From Serratia phage PCH45: a stretch of DNA of 32,000 bases. A program made the translations under genes and the position numbers. Numbering within the stretch: the stretch's first letter is position 1; each line of letters starts with the position of its first letter. The stretch is taken from the sequence record NC_091964.1. One strand, given 5' to 3'. Positions 25,088 through 32,000 of this stretch are shown piece by piece. Under the pieces are notes generated by a model, which was not told where the DNA came from, did no database searches, and saw only the letters and a list, made by a program, of their open reading frames with translations.

Positions 25088-25804
25088 TCATTCCCATGCT
25101 AAGAAGGCAGGCGGTGTATAAGACAACAGGTCTGCTTTTACTTTCTTCGCCGTTAGATATTGACCAAGCGGGATGGTTTTACTAGACCGCACGCGAGTAG
25201 TTACACCTTTACGGTAATAGGCGTCCAAATCGGAAACCACAACGGAGTGACAGCCCTTACCTAGAAGGACGTTCTCAGTAAAAGGTACAAGACCTTTAAC
25301 ATCTTCCGTTATCTGGATGTATATCTCTACTTCAGCAAAGACATCACCTCTGGCCGTACGATAGAACATCTGCCCAATCACCTTACCGGGATACTTCTGC
25401 CCTTTCTGCTTGTAGTCAATCAACCACCGCTCATCACACCATTTGGCTATAGGTGCCAGCTTTTCCGTGATCTTTATATTCAGGTCAGCAGGAATAGCAT
25501 AGATGTAATAACCACCACGCCATTCACCGCCACCTGCACACCCAGCTTCACCTTCCAAAAAATCCCGCACAGTAACAGCATAGCCGCGTATACAGTCGAG
25601 AACAGTGGGGGCCGTACAGACCCGCGCCACTGTGTTATCTTCCCCTGGCATTGCACGCTGAACTACACGCGGAACGAACTCCGCAATCTCATCCGTCGGT
25701 GAGATGTGGTATAGCATTTCAGGCTCATGCACGATAATGGTGTTCTCGAGAACCTTCGGAGAATAACGCATAAGCGTGCGCATGGCTAATACATCATCAT
25801 CCAT
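25088..25804 (-). CDS. hypothetical protein (238 aa)
   Basis: GAGGGTG SD. The ATG lies 1 nt after the upstream stop. Part of the minus-strand operon running from the RNAP beta gene to the protease gene. Confidence 0.55.
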   Translation of the reverse strand: MDDDVLAMRTLMRYSPKVLENTIIVHEPEMLYHISPTDEIAEFVPRVVQRAMPGEDNTVARVCTAPTVLDCIRGYAVTVRDFLEGEAGCAGGGEWRGGYYIYAIPADLNIKITEKLAPIAKWCDERWLIDYKQKGQKYPGKVIGQMFYRTARGDVFAEVEIYIQITEDVKGLVPFTENVLLGKGCHSVVVSDLDAYYRKGVTTRVRSSKTIPLGQYLTAKKVKADLLSYTPPAFLAWE

Positions 25805-25805
25805 A

Positions 25806-26531
25806 TCACACCCTCAGCAGTTTCTCTACAGGTTGCTCTTCTTCAGTCGGGTTAACGATCGCAGAATCAAGACCTTCAGCAATGTTGGACCCACCAATTT
25901 TCGACACGGTATCTGTTGCACCGTATTCAACGTTACGCATTGGGATGTAAGTGAAGTCCAGACCAGCAACATCACTCGGCTTCTCAACAGAATGACGAAT
26001 AGGGATATTACGATCCTTATTGTCACGAGCCTGTTGTGCAATTACCATCTCGAACACAGACGGTGTTGCGTACAGACTTGTACCCGTGTATTCACGAGCA
26101 TTACTGAAGAAGCTACCCATTTGCTCGTAAGTGTAATACCACACGGTACGAGCACGAGCGATAACATCCTCAAACAGCGGATAAAGCGTTAACTGGTCTA
26201 CCAATAAATCAGTGGACTTAGCTACGCGTGCGCCTTTCGGATAGTGCAACTCGTAATACATCTTCCCGTCGATTTCGACGTTGTGAATGTCATCCGGCAT
26301 GGTGCGAATCATGGAAGGGACTTTCCACGTGCAGTAGTTGCCGTCCGGAGTAATCATGGCAAAGTAGCCAATAAAGGAAATCTCTTTCCCTAACGAGATC
26401 AGCTGCTTTGCACGGAAAGACTCGGGTACGTGAATAACGCACCCGGTCTTGGTGACTAATGCTCCGTCGGGTAATTCTGCCAAGGTTGACAACACGGCTT
26501 CCACATTACGTTTAAGCTTTGTGACATCCAT
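25806..26531 (-). CDS. hypothetical protein (241 aa)
   Basis: AAGGGGG SD. Same operon. No motif recognised. Confidence 0.55.
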   Translation of the reverse strand: MDVTKLKRNVEAVLSTLAELPDGALVTKTGCVIHVPESFRAKQLISLGKEISFIGYFAMITPDGNYCTWKVPSMIRTMPDDIHNVEIDGKMYYELHYPKGARVAKSTDLLVDQLTLYPLFEDVIARARTVWYYTYEQMGSFFSNAREYTGTSLYATPSVFEMVIAQQARDNKDRNIPIRHSVEKPSDVAGLDFTYIPMRNVEYGATDTVSKIGGSNIAEGLDSAIVNPTEEEQPVEKLLRV

Positions 26532-26543
26532 GGCCTAACCCCC

Positions 26544-28031
26544 TTAGACTTCGTCGTTACTGATGTGGAAGTTCGCAACCATCCAACGTGCCAGGTACAG
26601 GACCTCAGCGTAGTAGGCGGCGTAACGCGGTTCGATTTCTTCTTCGAGAACGATCTCTTCCATCGTTTCGAGAATCATCAGCGCATCAGTGAACGGGAAG
26701 ACCAGCTGACAGATCACGCGGGTTAACAGATCGTGAATACGGATCTCTTCGCTCGAATCCCACTTAGCGAAATAAACCTTCAGCACGTCAGTGACTTTAG
26801 CGATGTTTGCAATCGCGGCAGTACGATCGAAGTCCGCAGGGAACTTATCTTCCGGCATCTCTTCCAGAGTCGCATTCAGAACAATGCGCAGAGCATCATT
26901 AATGCGGTCGATCATCGTGAGGCTGGTCTGAGTCTGACGATGTTTGTCCATCGCCTGATACACGGCCAGACACTCTTTCTGAATCGGCAGAAGATCCGCG
27001 AGCTTAAAGAGTTTCTTGGTTGGGTGGATTGCACCGCCAATTACTTGCTCAGCTACCAGGCCTTTTTCCAGCGCCTGACGGAAGGTCGTCTTCATGACCA
27101 GAATACGGCCCATACGGTCATCGAAGAAGATGCCGCGCGCAGTCGGCTTACGCAGATACAGAACGCCAGACTCAACGTCTTTGATGTACTGGTCTGCCAG
27201 ACGACGGATAGAACCACCGAGGTTGTTCATGGTCTGTTTCAGGTAAGTACGGTACTCATCCAGAGACAAGCCAGTGCCGTCGATCGGGTTATCCAGATAA
27301 CCGTCAACGATGAAGTAAGCCAGCGCCAGCAGTTCGATTTCATCCAGGCTATAAGTGCCCAGAGTATAACCGTCCGGAGTACGTACAATCAGGCGACGTA
27401 CCAGGTCAGTTACGGCAGTTTCGTTCTGAGGGCGAATATCGCGGAAGATAGCGTTGTAGATATCCACAACTGCTTGCTGCCCCAGGTTACCGATGATGTC
27501 ACCAATAGCCCCATCGATCTCAGGAATGTTCGTCGCGATTTCCTGCATGATGGTCGGTGCATCTTTCTCAGTACCGCCCTTAGACACTTTGTAGTAATTC
27601 GCAGGTGGAACGTTTTTGAATACGTTACCCGCTACTTCAGAGGTCAGGAAAGGTGAAATCTCAAACTCAGAGATGTGATACTCGGAAGGAGTTGAAGACT
27701 TCATGCGGTCCAGCAGACGGTTGGTCGCTGTAGAGATGAACGGTCGCACCGTGTTACGCACGTAGTCGAACTGGTTAGTAATACCGACCAGCAGGACTTC
27801 TACGGCGTTGTTCGTCGCGGACTCGTGTTGAGACAGACCTTCAGATTCAATAACGATATCGGCAGTGCGCTCAATTTCGCCAGCGGCATCTTCCATGGAG
27901 ATACCTTTGCGGTTGACCAACGGCATGGAATAGCGAATAGCATCAGTAAAGATGTTGTGGTTCGCTTCGAGACTTACGTTGGTCTGCTTGACGATTGCCT
28001 GAGCAAGGCGGATGGAGTGTTTACTGAGCAT
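26544..28031 (-). CDS. hypothetical protein (495 aa)
   Basis: Strong AAGGAG SD 7 nt upstream of the ATG at 28031. Mostly helical-looking sequence. Same operon. Confidence 0.6.
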   Translation of the reverse strand: MLSKHSIRLAQAIVKQTNVSLEANHNIFTDAIRYSMPLVNRKGISMEDAAGEIERTADIVIESEGLSQHESATNNAVEVLLVGITNQFDYVRNTVRPFISTATNRLLDRMKSSTPSEYHISEFEISPFLTSEVAGNVFKNVPPANYYKVSKGGTEKDAPTIMQEIATNIPEIDGAIGDIIGNLGQQAVVDIYNAIFRDIRPQNETAVTDLVRRLIVRTPDGYTLGTYSLDEIELLALAYFIVDGYLDNPIDGTGLSLDEYRTYLKQTMNNLGGSIRRLADQYIKDVESGVLYLRKPTARGIFFDDRMGRILVMKTTFRQALEKGLVAEQVIGGAIHPTKKLFKLADLLPIQKECLAVYQAMDKHRQTQTSLTMIDRINDALRIVLNATLEEMPEDKFPADFDRTAAIANIAKVTDVLKVYFAKWDSSEEIRIHDLLTRVICQLVFPFTDALMILETMEEIVLEEEIEPRYAAYYAEVLYLARWMVANFHISNDEV

Positions 28032-28254
28032 CGATTACTCCTTCAACTGCTTTCTTTTCGTTAATGGCACGCACTAACGCCGCAGCCACGTCTTCAGATA
28101 CACGCTGACCGAGGTCGACGTTCATACCCTCGACAAAGTCGCCAGGGTTGCACGGAGGAATCTGAATTGACTCAGACTTCTGTCGAAGAATAACACGCTT
28201 GCTAATCTCGACCAGGTTTGCCATAGTGGCTACCTGTTTAGTTTGTTTTTCCAT
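28021..28254 (-). CDS. small hypothetical protein (77 aa)
   Basis: The ORF-track start at 28266 is a GTG. I prefer the ATG at 28254 (MEKQTKQ...), with AAGGTG about 9 nt upstream. Its 3' end overlaps the next gene's start by 11 nt. Confidence 0.4.
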   Translation of the reverse strand: MEKQTKQVATMANLVEISKRVILRQKSESIQIPPCNPGDFVEGMNVDLGQRVSEDVAAALVRAINEKKAVEGVIDAQ

Positions 28255-28283
28255 TTTTAAGGTCACCTTAATAGTTGAAACTA

Positions 28284-28301
28284 GGGGGAGGGCCCTCCCC
28301 C
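28284..28301 (-). promoter_or_regulatory. perfect 18-nt GC-rich palindrome inside the operon
   Basis: GGGGGAGGGCCCTCCCCC lies 6 nt downstream of the RNAP beta-like stop (28308-28310). No U tract follows on the minus strand, so it is more likely a processing, stability or attenuation element than a full terminator. Confidence 0.4.
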
Positions 28302-28307
28302 GTCAAA

Positions 28308-31300
28308 CTACGAATCGTACGCCTGTACCATTGAGAACCCGATGAATTCCTGGCAGATGATAGACATTCCCGCCATGATCGAGCTATGTACAATACGCGC
28401 CTCTTCCGCACGATAAGAGAACTCCAGATCGATCTTACGAACGCCACTACCCGGCCAAAGTTCTGACGCTGTATAGGTCGGTCCACGCTGCTCGCCTGCG
28501 GATACAGATTTCAGCTGGTTAGACAATACCAACTTGTCGCCACCTGACATAATACGTTCTTCGGTAATGAATATCCGAATTGCCATCATATCAATGTCGA
28601 CAGAAATCCCATCCACTCGGGCAGGGGTCGTTATTTCCCCTGTGGTTGCATCGCCATTATTAAGTTCTCTTGCCAACTGACCACGAACGCGATCGTACTT
28701 GTCAGCTACTTTACGGACGGACGGAGACATGTCGTCTTTGTCGCCGAAGTAGATAACCTGAATCTCTTCGACCTTACCTGAGTTATTAGCTCGAGGAGTA
28801 GGACGGGATAACAGGTTTAGTGCATCGAGGTTATCGGAACCAACCCCTGCTGACACTTTGTCTTCGATTACCGCAAGAACAGTATCGATATCAACTTCTT
28901 CACCGACAGACACGAGGTTGTGAATGGCGTTGTCGAAGCGGACAAAGAGTGTACGAATATGGGTTACGTTTGCACGCATCTTGTAAGCCAGTTCCGGTGA
29001 CATCAAGGAACTATCTTCCCATGTTTCGTTCTTCTCGATCAGCACGGTATAAGGGTAGCACCCTTGTTTCAATGCTGACGAGGTTGGGTCACGGCGGTCT
29101 GGCGTGTAGAAGCCTTCGTTGTGGCAGATAACCGCACCCTTCTTAAAGCTGTCGCCAGCTTTCATCCGAGGAACGATGTTGTGCGGTACAACGTGACCGG
29201 TCACTACGCCGAAGCGACGACCAATCTGGAAGGCTTTCTGTTTACCGTTCTTGTACTGGACCGTGATAACACGATCAGTAACGGAAACAACCTTACCGTC
29301 ATCTTTAGCAGTTACCGAGAATAGATCATCGGTACGATGTGCAACTACCTGGTCATAGCCTGTACGTACGGCCATTTCCTGAGATTCAGCAATTGCAACA
29401 ACGTGGTCCTGCTGGATGTTGATAAAGTTTACACGCTTACCATCATCGTACTCTGCAAAGGGAGACATGAGCATCGACGTAGATACCAACTGAGTAGGCG
29501 ATACCTTCTCAGGGTCAACGGTCTGCACTGTACCACGCAGGGAAGTGATGTTTGGATCAGGCGGCATGAACATGTTGATACCAACGTCACCGGAGTCAAC
29601 ACCTGCCTCTGAGCGTACGCCTAAATCGGTTTTGTGGAAGGCACGAGTACGTCGAGTCATCGCCACCTTAGAACGACCACCTGTTCCCGAATACGTCATG
29701 TTCTCTTTTTCTTTCAGGTTATGGATTACGTTAGAATCCTCAACCAAGCTAACAGACGGATCTTTCTGGATCGAAGTAAGAACTTCAAACGGGTTCAGGT
29801 CCACCGACGTTTTAACAGACACTGGCTTATTACGATAGTTACGCACGGAGTCAACGATGGCTTTATAGACAGCACCGGACATACGCTCGTAACCTTTCAC
29901 TAACATCAGTGAAGTATCGAGGTCAGACTTGTAGTTGTCATCCACCAACATATCCGCAGCTCGAATGAACAAGTCGCGCATGTTAGTAGGTTCTTTCATC
30001 ATCGTCAAGTTTTCGATTGCGATAGGATCTAAGAACATATCTTCGATCAGACCGATCTCGTTCAAGTGACGATTGCCTAACCCGTTAGCCATAAACATCG
30101 GGGTGTAATACGCTTTGTCATTCAGCTCTGCAACCTGGATGGTACGAAGCTGTTTCTTCCACTGGTTTAGTGAAGCGAAGATTAATGAAGCGTAAGACTG
30201 GTCTTTCGGTAATACCCAGACCTCATCAGCAAACACGATTTCGAACTCGTTAGGAGCAGTATCCTTCTTCGCACCTTTAATACGGCGACGCGGATAGACA
30301 CCATTAGGAACGGTATTGTCATGCTCGAAACTAATATAACCGTATTGCTCCGAATAATACTCGGAATAGCTCTCGGTAGAAACCGGAGAACCATAGAGGC
30401 GGTTAGCGAGTTTGTTCAACCCGAACATATAGGCAAGGACGATGCCCAACGGAATCTCATGGCCCATCACACGCAGGACAACAATCTCAGCAGGGGCTGT
30501 ATTATCATCCAGGTCGATCAGGCTAGGGATTGTACCGATGTCCTGACCTTTGACCTTCAGTCTGCCATTACGGTCCATATAGACAATCTCATTGCCTTTA
30601 CGTCCAACCGGCCAGTCCTGATTCTTCGTTTTCGGTAGCGCTACGCCAGGGAAGTTCTTCTCCATTCCTTCATAATCGAAATGGAAGTGAATATCCCCAA
30701 TCTGCATTTCCAGATAACTCTGGGCGATGGCAGAGTAGATGCGTGGCACTGGTTGCTGTTCACCATAAGAGTTACCGTAAACAACACCCTTTACTCGTGA
30801 ACCATCTAAGATTTCAGAGGTCAGAGCAGAGAGGATCCAGTTGTCGAAACTTGCCACTTTCTTCTGCGAACGCTCAACGAACAACTTACCGTAGTAAGAA
30901 GTCAACGCGACAGTGTGAGTATTGATCTTACGGATCGGCATATCCGCACGGAGCTTACGCATGTAATAGCGTACACCGTTGATCATGTACTTACCGTTCT
31001 CATCGATTTTCGGTAACTGGAAGGAGAGAGTAGACTCTTTCCCATGAACCGGTGTTACCTTAACGCGGTAGTCAATAGTTTTCGACAATGCGTCGCTGAA
31101 CTCTTCCCGCTCGAAGCCAGTCACTGCGATACCTGCTTTTTGAATCGCCAGTACCATATTTGCAGTATCCTTCGGCATCACCTTCTCAACGTATTCAGTA
31201 TCGAAGTTAATGAGTGAGGACTGAAGCATCCCTTTGTCGACAACGTTAGGGATATCCGGGATCTGAGCAGGTTTAAAGTTCCAGATGTCCTGGATAGGCG

Positions 31301-32000
31301 GTTTAGCCGCTTCTTCCAGTGTAACACCATCGACCTTTATTTCCTTATACTTGCGACTCAAGCGGATATGGCGCTCGTGCTCTTGGCGAGAGATTACGCC
31401 TTTACGCAGAAGTTCCGCTGACTTAACAGCCACACCTGCTTCCAACGGGTTAGACGTATCGACGTTGATGACCGCGGGCAGGTCTTCTTTCACCGGTTTA
31501 TTCACAACACGAGCAGAGCGCTCAGGTGGAAGTTCCGGTACGTCTTCATCGGTGACTTCAGTAATGTCCTGGTTGTCCAGTTCATTTAGATCCATCACTT
31601 TATCCGTTAATGCAAGCTGTCGTCCACCTGCAAATTGAGGTGCAACCATACCCAAAGCACCACGGCGATCGGTCTGGCGCTCTTCCCCCTGCTCAGGAGC
31701 TTCTGTATCGTCCTCTACGACGCTCGCATCACTATCCCCTGCCGTTACCATACCGATAGTTTCAGGCTTGTCAGCTTCGCTCTCAGGCACGGTTTCAAGG
31801 ATAACATCACGCTGATCTAACTGGCGAAATGCCATCATGTTTGACAGGTAGTTGTGGAAACGCTGAGTCATGGTTTGAATACCAGACTTCTCACGCCACT
31901 CGTTCAACTTGGCCATAGACAGGACGTTGTACCGACCACCCACTGTAAAGACGAAGAATACTTTTTCGTAGTGGGCAGGATCGATAGCGTTCAGCTTAGA
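28308..32000 (-). CDS. multisubunit RNA polymerase beta-like subunit, 5'-partial (runs off the window)
   Basis: The codon at 31941-31943 is GTG, and the frame stays open to base 32000 (...SKLNAIDPAHYEKVFFVFTV...), so the true start is outside the window. Beta landmarks appear in order: GTGGRSKVAMTRRTRAFHKTDLGVRSEAGVDSGDVGIN (29568-29687; E. coli GPGGLTRERAGFEVRDVH...PEGPNIGLI); a flap-like AKDDGKVVSV...KAGDSFKKGAVICHNEGF; TWEDSSLMS (NFEDSILVS); GGDKLVLSNQLKSV (28503-28550; GDKMAGRHGNKGV). Confidence 0.8.
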   Translation of the reverse strand, partial: SKLNAIDPAHYEKVFFVFTVGGRYNVLSMAKLNEWREKSGIQTMTQRFHNYLSNMMAFRQLDQRDVILETVPESEADKPETIGMVTAGDSDASVVEDDTEAPEQGEERQTDRRGALGMVAPQFAGGRQLALTDKVMDLNELDNQDITEVTDEDVPELPPERSARVVNKPVKEDLPAVINVDTSNPLEAGVAVKSAELLRKGVISRQEHERHIRLSRKYKEIKVDGVTLEEAAKPPIQDIWNFKPAQIPDIPNVVDKGMLQSSLINFDTEYVEKVMPKDTANMVLAIQKAGIAVTGFEREEFSDALSKTIDYRVKVTPVHGKESTLSFQLPKIDENGKYMINGVRYYMRKLRADMPIRKINTHTVALTSYYGKLFVERSQKKVASFDNWILSALTSEILDGSRVKGVVYGNSYGEQQPVPRIYSAIAQSYLEMQIGDIHFHFDYEGMEKNFPGVALPKTKNQDWPVGRKGNEIVYMDRNGRLKVKGQDIGTIPSLIDLDDNTAPAEIVVLRVMGHEIPLGIVLAYMFGLNKLANRLYGSPVSTESYSEYYSEQYGYISFEHDNTVPNGVYPRRRIKGAKKDTAPNEFEIVFADEVWVLPKDQSYASLIFASLNQWKKQLRTIQVAELNDKAYYTPMFMANGLGNRHLNEIGLIEDMFLDPIAIENLTMMKEPTNMRDLFIRAADMLVDDNYKSDLDTSLMLVKGYERMSGAVYKAIVDSVRNYRNKPVSVKTSVDLNPFEVLTSIQKDPSVSLVEDSNVIHNLKEKENMTYSGTGGRSKVAMTRRTRAFHKTDLGVRSEAGVDSGDVGINMFMPPDPNITSLRGTVQTVDPEKVSPTQLVSTSMLMSPFAEYDDGKRVNFINIQQDHVVAIAESQEMAVRTGYDQVVAHRTDDLFSVTAKDDGKVVSVTDRVITVQYKNGKQKAFQIGRRFGVVTGHVVPHNIVPRMKAGDSFKKGAVICHNEGFYTPDRRDPTSSALKQGCYPYTVLIEKNETWEDSSLMSPELAYKMRANVTHIRTLFVRFDNAIHNLVSVGEEVDIDTVLAVIEDKVSAGVGSDNLDALNLLSRPTPRANNSGKVEEIQVIYFGDKDDMSPSVRKVADKYDRVRGQLARELNNGDATTGEITTPARVDGISVDIDMMAIRIFITEERIMSGGDKLVLSNQLKSVSAGEQRGPTYTASELWPGSGVRKIDLEFSYRAEEARIVHSSIMAGMSIICQEFIGFSMVQAYDS

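Noticed and set aside
25088-26531. The idea that the 238-aa or 241-aa proteins are the missing RNAP beta C-terminal fragment (GGGEWRGG, PSVFEMVIAQQ versus GGQRFGEMEVWA)
   Set aside because: The resemblances are only 3-4 residues long and lack the surrounding conserved context (KLxHxVxDKxHxR). That is not enough to claim homology.
26733-27656. 307-aa ORF on the plus strand
   Set aside because: It is entirely antisense to the well-supported 495-aa gene (strong SD, operon context). Its Arg/Gln/His/Val-rich composition is typical of antisense frames, and it has no SD.
1-32000. Scan for tRNA/rRNA genes, CRISPR arrays, IS elements, integrases or introns/homing endonucleases
   Set aside because: Intergenic gaps are all under 80 nt and are occupied by hairpins or SDs. 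I saw no direct-repeat/spacer arrays, no transposase-, integrase- or HNH/LAGLIDADG-like ORFs, and no interrupted genes.

Overview
This window is densely coding (about 35 genes, intergenic gaps under 80 nt) and reads as phage DNA, most consistent with a phiKZ/SPN3US-like jumbo myovirus of an enterobacterial host. That attribution is inference from gene content; no search was run. The genes form about ten short blocks that alternate in strand. Most blocks are bounded by GC-rich hairpins with homopurine/homopyrimidine arms. Recognisable products:
- a tail-fibre block (67..6708), including a fibre with three exact 183-nt repeats and a C-terminal S74-type autoproteolytic chaperone
- a gpV/gp5-like baseplate spike with an HxH apex
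- an orphan Rad50/SbcC-like ATPase with a central CxxC zinc hook
- an RNase HI-domain protein with a long unknown extension
- a UvsX/RecA-like recombinase followed by a DUF2493/SLOG protein
- a T4 gp21-like prohead protease
- upstream in the protease's minus-strand operon, a multisubunit RNA polymerase beta-like gene. It runs off the window edge and lacks the beta C-terminal module.

About half of the ORFs have no assignable function. I saw no tRNA, rRNA, CRISPR array or transposase. All homology calls come from motifs remembered by eye and need HMM or structure confirmation. The most interesting candidates are the recombinase plus SLOG pair, the partnerless Rad50-like gene, the split RNAP beta operon with its unknown co-transcribed genes, and the hairpin family.
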